From Octopus sinensis (Eukaryota): 64,000 nt of DNA. Positions 47,921 to 59,767 of the stretch are shown one piece after another. The DNA is taken from the NCBI RefSeq assembly GCF_006345805.1, contig NW_021824847.1:591-64590 (forward strand), written 5' to 3'. The notes under the pieces were generated by a model, which saw only the letters and a list, made by a program, of their open reading frames with translations, had not been told where the DNA came from and did not search any database. Both the position numbers and the translations under genes were made by a program. How positions within the stretch are numbered: the first letter of the stretch is position 1; each line of letters opens with the position of its first letter.

Positions 47921-48289
47921 TAGAACCGTGGTCAGAGGGAGAAATGAAGTTTACTGTCAGCAACTGTGAGACAACACCCTACAACTCTCACTAGCTTCAA
48001 TTCTGTTCTCTTACAACACCATTCTATCTCTCTCTGTAATTACTACTAACCAATGAAGAGGGCACAAACACAAACTTTCCTTCGCATGCTTTTGGATTTA
48101 TCATAAGCTGCTCGTCGATGTATGGTTTTTTCAACGTAACGGTAAATAAATATTTCCTTAAAAACTTCATGCATTGTCCATCTTTCACATCTTACAACTT
48201 GCCGTTATAGCAACAGATTTTTATCGTCACAACTGCTGACTCCGACATTTCGTATTATTGTTTACTAATCAACATTTAACCGTTACATA

Positions 48290-49020
48290 TATATTCTTTT
48301 ACTCTTTTATATATTTCAGCCCTGCAGCTGTGGCCATGCTGGGACTCCGCCAGTGTAATCACCTTTTAATTGGCCGATTCTATGTGATTGGCTTTTGGTG
48401 AAATAGGGAATTCGATCCCGCTGCCTTCTTTTGAGTTTCCTGCCTTGATATTTGTTCATCTGGGACCTTGATTAGCAAGAAGTCATGTTGTTTCTTAAAA
48501 AGATCTACCCCCGCTCCATGGAGATCCCTCAGCTGCAGGCCCTTGAATCCCAAGCTTTTGCAGCACGTGGTTCTCGCCTTAGATGAAGCAACTGGGACTT
48601 TGGGAACAGTGCAGTGATGTCCAATTCGAGGTCTAGTATAACTCTCAATTTTTAAATTTGGAGCCAGTCCCTCCAGTATCTCCCACACATAATATCACTA
48701 CATACCTCTCCCGTCTTTGCTCCAGGGAGTAGAGTCGTAGCATCAGGAGGCTCCTTGACTGCTTGTACTACTTTTGTATCGTCGGCATAGCTAGTAAGTG
48801 TGATTGCAACTGATGGCATCTCTGAAAGAGACATCATGAACAGCAGCGGCCCCGATACAGTTCTCTGGGGCACACCACTTTCTATTACTGTCTCCGTGTA
48901 GAGGGCTCCGTTGGCTGCTGTCTTTTAAGAAGTCATGCAGCCACTATCCGACGTTCCCAGTTATGCTGAGTCTCCGTAGTTTGTGATATATCACCCCATG
49001 ATCAACCTTGCCCTTATTAG
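48290..49020 (-). mobile_element. CR1/L2-group LINE 3' part, decayed
   Basis: VPQRTVSGPLLF and YADDTKV RT motifs, WEILEGLAPN C-terminus, SINE-A-like 3' tail. Confidence 0.85.
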
Positions 49021-49029
49021 AGGCCTTTG

Positions 49030-50675
49030 CAAAGTGGGTCGTTTCTCCGAGTTTGATTGATGGTTCTCTTCTGGATGTATCATGTGGGGCTGGTCGGTAC
49101 ACAATCTGGGTCTTCCTAGATTTGACAGTGAGACAAAGGGCGCTGTATGCTCGCTTGAAGGCGTTCAGGATCTGCTAAAGGTTTCCACCCGAAAGAATTT
49201 TTTCAGCCAATGGTTTTAAGCGATTGTTCATAATCCGAGCAAGTACCTTGCCAGCAGTTGCCAACAAGGAGATTCCTCAGCAATTTCCGTATTCAGATCA
49301 TTCTCTCTTCCTCTTTTAGATAGTCACGTTGGTGAGGAGCTGGTACAGTTGATAATGGAATAGGCTTCCGCCGATTTTGTAAATCTCAGAGGGGATCCCG
49401 TCCAGCCAGCGGCCTTGTTGTCCTTCAGGGAGATGATGGTCTGTTTCACTTCAGCAATGGTTGGTAACTTGCTTAAGGAATCTAAGACGTCACTGTCAAA
49501 TGTGGTATCTTGATTAAGCAGATCTTCGAAGTGTTCTCCCCACCTCGCGTTGATCTCGGCATTTTTCTTGAGGATCGTTGATCTGTCCTTACTTTTCAGT
49601 GGGGCTTGACCACTGGCAGATGGTCCGAAGATTGCCTTCGTGGCATTAAAGTAGCCTCTGGTGTTGTTGGTATCTACAAGTTGTTGGATTTCTTTTGCTT
49701 TGTCCCTCCACCATTCGTTTTTCAGGTTTTGAGTGGTTTTCTGAACTTCGGCTTCGTATTCTTGATATTGCTTGTGTTTTGCAGTGGATCTCTGGTCATT
49801 CTGGGAGGCGATGAAGGCTTTTCTTTTTACATCGGTAAGTTGTTTGAGTTGCTCATCATTTTCATTGAACTAATCTTGATGTTTCTTGGACTTGAATCCG
49901 ATGGTTTCTTTGCAGGTGTCCACAATGGCGGTTTTCAGTTGGTTTCAGTGTTCCCCAATGGGTAACAACGGTTTCACTTCCTGCTGTAATAGTTTTTCAA
50001 GTAGTGTTAGACAGAGTTCCACTACTTTCTCGAAGTCTTGAAGGGTTTCAACATTGATATTTTGGTTTCGCTGTTTTCTCTTGGGTCGGATCATCATTCC
50101 CATGATTGATGGAAACAGTCAATGGTCTGTCCAACATACATCGGCACCTATGATTGCAGTTGTCTCCATGACATCTTGTTGGTCTCTGGCATTACAATGA
50201 CATAATCGATCAGTTGACAATGTTTGGAACGTGGATGTTGCTAGCTAGACTTTGTGTTTGGCTTTCTGGCGAAATAAGATGTTAGTGATTACCAGGTCAT
50301 GTTCTGCACATTTTGCCATAAGGAGTGTTCCATTTGCGGTGATTTTGCCAACCCTTATCTTCCCGATGGTGCCTTTCCAGAGGTTGTGATCTCTTCCAAC
50401 TCTGACATTGAAGTCTCCTAGTAAAATGATTTTGTCACTTTTGGGGATGGACGAGAGAATGTTGTCGAGGTGGGCATAGAAATCCTCCTTCACTTCATTT
50501 TTCCCGGTTGACTGTTCGGTGAGTTTGTGTAGACAATTCTTGATGGCAAAATTCACTCCGTGGACTCTTGATTGTTTCGGATCTAGCCCATTCCAGAAAA
50601 AAGTATATTGGCCTTATTCTTCCCTCAGTCGACCCTCTCCAGCTCTGTCGATCATACTCAGAGCGACGATGTCAA
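49030..50675 (-). mobile_element. RTE-clade LINE, decayed (APE endonuclease, RT start, 3' end)
   Basis: YTFFWNG, HGVNFAIKN, KIILLGDFNVRVG, LVITN, GLDGIP motifs; many stops and frameshifts. Confidence 0.9.
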
Positions 50676-52354
50676 AAAAAAAAAAAAAAAAAAACGCGCC
50701 CGGATAACCGATAATGGTAAAATCAACAGAATATTAACGGAATAAACAGGGCCTCTTATGACTAGATACCTAATAAAATGTGTAATTTTAGGAACAAATG
50801 CCCCCTAAATTACCGATGTCTAAATAAGGATATTAAATATTTAAGTGCACTGTAAAAACACACGAGGGTGTCTATTACTACATAGGTGCTTTCGCAACGA
50901 AATTCAAGGAATACATGATCTTATTCACTCTTTAAAAAAATACACTGCCTGTCATTGGCCAAGTTCATCTCGGATTTCATAGGGAATAATATAAACTATT
51001 CTATCTCGTGGTCTATTATAGGCAGTGCTCTTCCATATAGAGGAGACGGTGGGAATTGCAATTTGTTCTTAATGGAGGCATTTGAATTACGTAATTGCAA
51101 ATCAAACCGAATAAACTTACCTGGGTATAAATAAAATCAATGCCTAGGTTATATTATTACTGGTCCTTCGTCTTCTTTCTTCATTTACCACCTATGTAAT
51201 ATACTGAGTACGCTTTTACTAATTTGAAATCCTTAATATAATCCTTAATTATTGCACCTAACGTGATTTAATTTAATCTCATATTATAAAAGAGAAGCTG
51301 GTCACTATTTGTCTGACCGTAACAACATCTGTGTAGAGAGAAAGGGAAGAAGTGGTGGAGAAAAAGTTATTGTTCGGAGAGATACAGCGTGAGAGAGAGA
51401 AAGAGTGTGGTGTGTGTGTGAGTGTGTGTGCGTGTGCGTGTGCGTGCGTGTGCGTGTGCGTGCGTGTGTGTGTATGTGTGTAAGAAAGAGAGAGAGACAG
51501 TGAATGATAGATAAGTAGGTAGTGTTGTCACCTTGGTAACTAACAAGTTTTGATTAAAACTGTAGGAATTTTAGGTGCAAGTCTGTCAACACAACACAAC
51601 ACAGGAAAAAAACTATATGTAGTAACGATCGGTTTTTTAAAAATTCATTTTAAACGTAGTAAATCTGGTATTTCTCGAAAGGAACAGAGAGGCAGATAAT
51701 TTGGTTATAAACTATATATAATATTACTTTGCACTCAGTTGACGTCCTCTCAATATCTGTTCTAGTAAAATTATCACGCATCCCTACTACAGTCTGGCTA
51801 CCAAATAAACTTGATAAGCAGCAATAATATTCCCTAAGCTAGGTTCTTATACATACATACACAACACAACTTTGCTAAGTATAGTAATGATAGGAATTTG
51901 AATGGGGATCAGTTTATTTTTTTGCAAATATAACTTGCAACTGTTAATCTTTGGATATGGAACTATTTATTAGGCAAAAGAAAGACCGTTTGGTAGTATT
52001 ATGTTACAAAAACAACTGCCTACCTACTCGAGCTGTCGCACTGGTACGACAGAATAAGAAGGTAAGCTATCTTGTTTGAAAATACACAGAAACCTTCCTT
52101 TTGCTCTCCAAAGTACAGCTGAAAGCAGCGACCATAGATACATGAAATGGGATTTTCATTAGATGAGAAAAGGCATTTGGCACAAAATGTGTTGCTTTTA
52201 AAATTTGAGGACATGGTAGAGACAAGTTCATTTAGTACATCGCACGCCAGCCCACAGACTATTCTTGCAGGATATGAAGCAAATAAGCAATTGGGTCATT
52301 GTAAAAGACAACGTGACAGCATTGACTCCTTTGCTTGTGGTTATTTTGGCAGCG

Positions 52355-52763
52355 TGGAGGCGCAATGGCCCAGTGGTTAGGGCAGCGGACTCGCGGTCAT
52401 AGGATCGCGGTTTCGATTCCCAGACCGGACGTTGTGAGTGTTTATTGAGCGAAAACACCTAAAGCTCCACGAGGCTCCGGCAGGGGATGGTGGTGATCCC
52501 TGCTGTACTCTTTCACCACAACTTTCTCTCACTTTTACTTCCTGTTTCTGTTGTACCTGTATTTCAAGAGGCCGGCCTTGTCACTCTCTGTGTCACGCTG
52601 AATATCCCCCGAGAACTACGTTAAGAGTGCACATGTCTGTGGAGTGCTCAGCCACTTACACGTTAATTTCACGAGCAGGCTGTTCCGTTGATCCTACGAC
52701 CGCTTGCCCGCGATCCTACGACCGCTTGTCCGCTGCCCTAACCACTGGGCCATTACGCCTCCA
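52355..52763 (+). mobile_element. SINE C ending in an inverted copy of its own head
   Basis: 3' end ...ctgccctaaccactgggccattacgcctcca is the reverse complement of the head. Confidence 0.85.
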
Positions 52764-53149
52764 CTTAGCAAGAGTATAATACTCAAGCTAAATTGCTCTC
52801 CTCTTTTTTGGTAAATCGGCGCCAACTTCTATTTTCCTTCCTCTTCCCTCTTCACGCCGCCGAAGGAGAAGCAACACCTTTACGCGAGGGACAATGCAAC
52901 CTTTACAGTTTCTATTTTGCCTTGACCTTCTTGCTCTCTCTCCCTATCTTGCTCTTGCTCTCTCTCTCTCTCTCCACTCTCTCTCTCCACTCTCTCTCTC
53001 CACTTTTTCTCTCTCTCCACTCTCTCTCTCTCTCCACTCTCTCTCTCTTCTCTCCACTCTCTCTCTCTCTCTCCACTCTCCCTCTCTCTCTAGTAGTCAC
53101 AGAGATGAAACTAACTACTAATTTTCATATAGAATGGACTGGAGATATA

Positions 53150-53696
53150 TTGGGTTGTCCGGAAAGTTCGTGCCGATTTTTAAAGGAAAGAAAAAGGGTC
53201 AATAAATACTTGCCATTAATTTTTAGTCAACCAAATATGAACCGTTTTGTTGCACAATCATCTCCATCCTTCCTTTAACTTGAAAATACCCTCTTCCCAG
53301 AATTGTGGTGGTTTCATGGCAAAGAATTCATCAAGGTATCTTTTTACGTCATCCAAGGAATTGAAATTTTTACCATTAAGACTATTCTGCAGAGACTTGA
53401 ATAAGTGGAAATCCGAAGGAGCAATATCTGGTGGATATGGGGGTGGGGTAATATATCTCAGCCGAGCTGCAGCAATTTTTGTCTGGTTCCCAAAGCATCA
53501 AGTGCCGAAAATGAACTTTCTTGTCTTCCATTTACAGAATTACACAGGTTATAGGAACATAAACCTTCTTCCAGAGCTTAAACTGTGCTCTAAATGGAGG
53601 TGTAATCAAATCCCATTTTATGGACTCAACAATGTTCTCAAATAAGTCGAAAGGCAAGCTACTATAAACCGGCACGAACTTTCCGGACAACCCCAA
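53150..53696 (-). mobile_element. Mariner deletion derivative
   Basis: TIR ttgggttgtccggaaagttcgtgccg; P(Y)PDIAPSDFHLFKSLQNSLNGKNF..FWEEGIFKL motif. Confidence 0.9.
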
Positions 53697-53807
53697 ACAA
53701 ATAACTAATGTACACAAACAAGCATAAAATATTATTTTCCATATTCAAATGACTAACATTAGAACCATCACATAAATAAACGGCCATCTTAATAATTACT
53801 TAATATT

Positions 53808-54030
53808 AAGGTGGCGAGCGGGCAGAATCGTTAGCACGCCGAACGGAATGCTTAGCGCCATTTCGTTCGTCTTCACGTTCTGATTTCAAGTTCTGCCGTG
53901 GTCGACTTTACCTTTCATCCTTTCATGGTCGTTAAAGTAAGTACCAGTGAAATACTGGGGTCGATGTAAGCGACTAGTCCCCATCCCCAAAATTTCAGGC
54001 CTTGTGTCTTTAGTAGAAAGGATTATTATT
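53808..54030 (+). mobile_element. SINE B, alternative-tail variant
   Basis: Tail gactagtccccatccccaaaatttcaggccttgtg..tagtagaaaggattatt. Confidence 0.85.
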
Positions 54031-54690
54031 ATCATTATTAATTAATTAATTATTTTGTCTTTGGTCAATAACTGTTATTTCCTATTTGCTTCTATTTAGA
54101 AATCAAAGGAAATGACTACTATTCCCTTCAAACATTGCTTTTGTGACCTGGACATCAATGCCTTGAAACTGACCTATTTTCCATTACACTTCAGACAGAT
54201 TCAGCACTGAGTTGCTGAAGCAGAAATATCGTTATAGCAAATATTCTGTTCAATACCACAGATTTGCTGACCAGTTGCTTGACCGTAACCACTTGAGCAG
54301 GTCCCTTAGTGGCTGACAATATGTATATCTCTGATGATTAGCAAGAATAGTGGCGGAACATTATAGCCATGTGTTGTGGGTGATTCTTTGGGATTTGAAT
54401 AAACGCAAGAAAAGCAAAATTTGAAGGAAATCTTAGCCATTTTTCGTACTTTTTAAGGATACGAAAATAGGAAATAACAATTGCTACCCAGGGGCAAAAA
54501 TCGTTTTACGGTGTTTATCGTTAATTCATTATGCATGCAGTAAATTTTAGCTTTTAACTAGAAGGATGAATTTTATAGTATTATTTATTTGTTTTATTTT
54601 GTTTATTCAATATATATATATTTTTTTCTTTGCCCTGACCACCTCATTTTGAATCGCTGTTCAAATTTCCTGCAGAAATCACAGATCATG

Positions 54691-56003
54691 CTATATCGAA
54701 GGTGAGAACGATTGGCAGCTCGGTTTTTTGTAGCAGACGTAGATTGTTGACGTGTTAGAGCGGTCGTAGCCACTGGAATATTCACAGTAGGGCGGTGTCA
54801 TTTCGCTGACACAAATCCTGCCTGAGCTGTCTCGGTTGATACTAACTTGGCTAAATACTGCTGACTGTTCACAGGAACACATGGAACATACTGAACACGA
54901 ACACGAACACGAAGGCGTCGACAAAGGAGACATATATGAATATCCTGACAAGCAGCTACAATAAGATATTGTCGAAGAATACAAGGGCGAGGAACTTCTG
55001 TCCCTTTCCTCCTTTTCAGCTTTTTTGCGCTCCTCTGAAGTATCACTTTCACCATCTTTTGAACCACGCCTTTTGCCGTCTTTGCGGCGTGATTTGCTGT
55101 CTTCGCGCCCTTTGCCGTCTTCGCGCCCTTTGCGCCCTTTGCGCGCCCTTTGCGGCCTTTGCGCCCTTTGCGACCCTTGCGTCCTTTGCGACCCTTTTTC
55201 CCACTTTTCCCACTTTTCCCTTCGCCTGTACCTTCTTCGCCTGAACCTTCTTCGCCTGAACCTTCTTCGCCTGAACCGTATTCATCGCTTGAACCGTATT
55301 CACCGCTTTCACCTGAAGAACCACTCCCGTCTTCATCTGAAGAACCGCTTGCGCCTTCCTCCTCCTCATCCTCCCCCTCCCCCCCAGGTCCTAGTTCGCC
55401 CCTCGATTTCTGTTTTCTGCGTCTCTTTGAACTACGCTTTCTAGCACGTTTAGAACTTTTGTCCGTCCCCGAACCTGAACTTTCATCGCTGCCTTCCTCG
55501 TCTGTGAGTTGCGATTCGTCAACACTTCCTTCATCCGACGCCATTATGCCCCTGCCCTTCTTGCCTCTGCCTCTCCTTTTCTTTTTGCGTTTCTTGTCTG
55601 CAGAGCTGTCGACGGAAGCCGAGTCAGAAGCCTTCTTTCTCCCTTTCTTTTTCCTCCTCTTCTCCGCCAGTTTCTTTCTCCTTCTTTCTTCTTTCTCTTT
55701 CTCCTCTTTCTTTGCTGCCTTTTCTTTATCTTCCTGTCTTCTCATCATCAATTCGAACTTGTCCGGTACATAAACTTCCTCTTCCGGCATCTCTTCGTAT
55801 GCGATACTCTGTTTGAAAAGTGGACATTCTTTTTTCGCAACACCGAACGGTGTACATTTTGTATAGTCCATGTAAAGATTGAACAACTGCCTTTCATTGT
55901 TTTTGGCCACGGTGCGTGCATAGTAGGTTTTCCAGTGGTTGTAAGCTGCATAGTCGAAGGCCTCTTGTAACTGGGTTAAGTATTTGATACGGCATCGCCG
56001 ATA
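54691..56003 (-). CDS. Large terminal exon of an unidentified gene: globular start, K/E-rich segment, acidic Ser/Gly tract, (KGR)n, Cys/Ser-rich C-terminus; apparent frameshift at about 55142
   Basis: Acceptor ttttgttttgacag| at 56004; open from 56003 (YRRCRIKYLTQLQEAFDYAAYNHWKTYYARTVAKNNERQLFNLYMDYTKCTPFG...); a second frame from 55140 continues KGRKGREDGKG...CSCSCSVCSMCSCE...FSPSI* to 54691; minus-strand AATAAA signals at about 54584-54607. Confidence 0.8.
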
Positions 56004-56059
56004 CTGTCAAAACAAAACAAAAAAATAATAATAATAATAAAATCATTAAAAAATGAACT

Positions 56060-57068
56060 GTGTAGTAAGTAGCTTGCTAACCAACCACATGGTTCCGGGT
56101 TCAGTCCCACTGCGTGGCATCTGGGGGGCAAGTGTCTTCTGCTATAGCCCCGGGCCGACCAATGCCTTGTGAGTGGATTTGGTAGACGGAAACTGAAAGA
56201 AACCCTCGTATAATGTGTATATATATATATAGGCGAAGGAGTGGCTGTGTGGTACGTAGCTTGCTAACCAACCACATGGTTCCGGGTTCATCCCACTGCG
56301 TGGCATCTTGAGCAAGTGTCTTCTGCTATAGCCCCGGGCCGACCAATGCCTTGTGAGTGGATTTGGTAGACGGAAACTGAAAGAAGCCTGTCGTATATAT
56401 ATATATATATATACATGTAGGAGTGGCTGTGTGGTAAGTAGCTTGCTAACCAACCACATGGTTACGGGTTCAGTCCCACTGCGTGACATCTTGAGCAAGT
56501 GTCTTCTGCTATAGCCCCGGCCGACCAATGCCTTGTGAGTGGATTTGGTAGACGAAACTGAAAGAAGCCTGTCGTATATATGTATATATATATATACATG
56601 TAGGAGTGGCTGAGTGGTAAGTAGCTTGCTAATCAACCACATGGTTCCGGTTCAGTCCCACTGCGTGGTATCTTGGGCAAGTGTCTTCTGCTATAGCCCC
56701 GGGCCGACCAATGCCTTGGTGTGATTTGGTAGACGGAAAGTGAAAGAAGCCTGTCGTATATATGTATAATATATATATATATATATATAATATATATATC
56801 TATATATATATATATATATATATATATTATGTATGTGTGTGGTGTTGGTGTGTCTGTGTTTGTCCCCCTAGCATTGCTTGACAACCGATGCTGGTGTGTT
56901 TACGTCCCCGTCACTTAGCGGTTCGGCAAAAGAGACCGATAGAATAAGTACTGGGCTTACAAAGAATAAGTCCCGGGGTCGATTTGCTCGACTATAAAGG
57001 CGGTGCTCCAGCATGGCCGCAGTCAAATGACTGAAACAAGTAAAAGAGTAAAAGAGTAAAAGAGTAAA
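56060..57068 (+). mobile_element. Tandem of SINE A heads (3 partial, 1 complete)
   Basis: Head unit of about 185 bp repeats, each ending at the (TA)n tract. Confidence 0.85.
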
Positions 57069-57348
57069 TAAATGATGGCTGATCTATTACAAGTTCCTTT
57101 TTATATATTTACAAAAAAAAAGCCTCTTGCAGCAGGCGTAGGTGTGCTTGTCAACCACATGGTTCTGGGTTCAGTCCCACTGCTCGCCATCTTGGGCAAG
57201 TGTGTTATATGAGAGGATTTATGAGAGGGTTTGGTAGAGGGAAACTGAAGGAAGCCCTACACTTTTTACCGTCGGTGAATGATTTCCTTTTTGATTTTCA
57301 ATTGCGTCTAGCCACCTTAATTATTTTATGTGTGAGTGTTTGTGCCTG

Positions 57349-57384
<36 letters not shown>

Positions 57385-57536
57385 TGTATGTATGTATGTA
57401 TGTATGTATGTATGCATGCATGCATGCATGTATGTATGTATGTATGTATGTATGTATGTATTTATGTATGTATGTATGTATATATATATGTATGTTTGTA
57501 TATGTGTATATATATATACACATATATACATACATC

Positions 57537-57713
57537 GTAGCTTAGTTTTTCCTTGGGGCTGGCCGGATCGGAGCGATCTCAAGATTAATCTGCCGAAATT
57601 GCTAGGATGATCCGGTTCTTGACTGAAGATTGAAGGCTTCGAATGTCCCGTCCGTGTTTTTTGTATCGTCTTCTAAATGTTTTACGTTCTTGTCCCAGTT
57701 TGTATTTTTCTAC

Positions 57714-57760
<47 letters not shown>

Positions 57761-59085
57761 CCAAAGTGTACGTACGCCGCTTTATATTTTTATATACTAA
57801 AAACAATGGGACAAGAACGCAAAACATCCAGACAGTTAGGTGAAACAGAAAAGGGACAACAAAGCATCCAAGCAGACGATACAAAGAAAACAAGGACGGG
57901 TCATTCGGAGTTTTCTATCCTCAGTCGAGTTCCAAAATGTCTTTGCAATTTCGGCTGGTTATACTCGAGATTGCTCCAATCTGGCCAGCCCCAAGGAAAA
58001 ACTAAGCTAAGAGCATTAGATTCCTTGGAAGAAAGCAGCGAATGTATACGAAAACAAGGACGGAAAAAAACGGAGAATGTTACACAAATACAAATGCAAA
58101 TAACAGGTCATAGCAACAGGTGTCTTTCGACTAAGGGTGAGTTAAATTAAGCTGGCGTGTGTGGAAGTAAAGCCTTCAGGTAGGGACATAATATTTCACA
58201 GGGAGGAATATAGATGTTGTACGGATGGTGGTCGAACCAAGAAAGGAAGATCAGGCTTGGCCGAACACTGGTCACGTGGCGAGAGAAGAGAGAGAGGTAG
58301 AGGCAGAGGGATAGAAGACTTAAGGAGGGGCGGGGAGAAAAGGGGACACAGTGAAGTAAAAAGAGGAGGGAAAGTGAGCATGAAGAGAAGACGAGGAAAT
58401 GTGAGAGAGGGGAACGAAGGAACGAAGAGTAGAATGAACGAAGTAAGCGTGAAAGGGCTGATAGAAAGAAGGAAAGAAAAAAGAATAAAAGAATAGTCGT
58501 ACAAGACTTAGATAAATATATTACTTAAAGAGACCAAAGTGTACGTACGCCGCTCTACATTTTTTATATATAGAAAAGTGGAGGCGCAATGGCCCAGTGG
58601 TTAGGGCAGCGGACTCGCGGTCATAGGATCGCGGTTTCGATTCCCAGACCGGCCGTTGTGAGTGTTTATTGAGCGAAAACACCTAAAGCTCCACGAGGCT
58701 CCGGCAGGGGATGGTGGTGATCCCTGCTGTACTCTTTCACCACAACTTCTCTCACTCCCTACTTCCTCCTGTTTCTGTTGTACCTGTATTTCAAAGGGCC
58801 GGCCTTGTCACTCTCTGTGTCACGCTGGATATCCCCGAGAACTACGTTAAGGGTATACGTGTCTGTGGAGTGCTCAGCCACTTGCACGTTAATTTCACGA
58901 GCAGGCTGTTCCATTGATTCGGATCAACCGGAACCCTCGTCGTCGGAACCGACGGAGTGCTTCCATATATAGAAAAAATGGGATAAGAACGCAAAACATC
59001 CGGACAAATAGGTGAAACAAAAAAAGGGACAACAAAACATCCAGACATGCGATACAAAGAAAACAAGGACGGGTCGTCCCTAAAG
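57537..59085. mobile_element. Three related repeat copies (one plus, two minus), Penelope-like arrangement
   Basis: 57537-57700 is an inverted match to about 57790-58010; third copy 58530-59085 is interrupted by SINE C. Confidence 0.4.
58578..58964 (+). mobile_element. SINE C, full length with TSD
   Basis: atatatagaaaa at 58566-58577 and 58965-58976. Confidence 0.92.
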
Positions 59086-59310
59086 TGACTAAGGGCACTA
59101 ATCAGCGGCAGCATTGCTAGAAATAAGAGTCAGAACAACTCAATATCCACAGCAAGCACTTGTCTGACAAAAGAATAAGACTGACAAGGGAGGCAAGTTC
59201 CCTACAGCCTGCAGATATAGCCAGACCATCGATGATTTTGTATTTTGATGCTCATGTATGTTAATACTCATCAGTGGTTCCTATCGCGCCTTGGGTTAAA
59301 CTCAGCTCAC

Positions 59311-59331
59311 CTTGTCAGCCGACAAATCGAG
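59311..59331 (-). CDS. Candidate 21-nt microexon (LDLSADK) upstream of the 56003 exon
   Basis: tattcag|ctcgatttgtcggctgacaag|gtgagc; phase 0-0 fits the phase-0 start at 56003. Confidence 0.3.
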
Positions 59332-59359
59332 CTGAATATAATCAGTATTATATACATAT

Positions 59360-59760
59360 AGGCGCAGGAGTGGCTGTGTGGTAAGTAGCTTGCTTACCAA
59401 CCACATGGTTCCGGGTTCAGTCCCACTGCGTGGCATCTTGGGCAAGTGTTTTCTACTATAGCCTCGGGCCGACCAAAGCCTTGTGAGAGGATTTGGTAGA
59501 CGGAAACTGAAAGAAGCCCATCATGTATATGTACATATATGCATGCTTGTGTCTGTTTGTGTGTCTGTGTTTGTCCCCCTAGCATTGCTTGACAACCTAT
59601 GCTGGTGTGTTTATGTCCCCGTTACTTAGCGGTTCGGCAAAAGAGACCGATAGAATAAGTACTGGGCTTACAAAAGAATAAGTCCCGGGGTCGAGTTGCT
59701 CGACTAAAGGCGGTGATCCAGCATGGCCGCAGTCAAATGACTGAAACAAGTAAAAGAATA
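59360..59760 (+). mobile_element. SINE A, full length
   Basis: Consensus. Confidence 0.9.
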
Positions 59761-59767
59761 TAGAATA

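Noticed and set aside
55025-55970. Plus-strand ORFs of 139, 207 and 153 aa
   Set aside because: Antisense shadows of the minus-strand low-complexity exon
58161-58504. R/E/G-rich ORFs
   Set aside because: Purine-rich low-complexity DNA without splice signals or recognisable motifs
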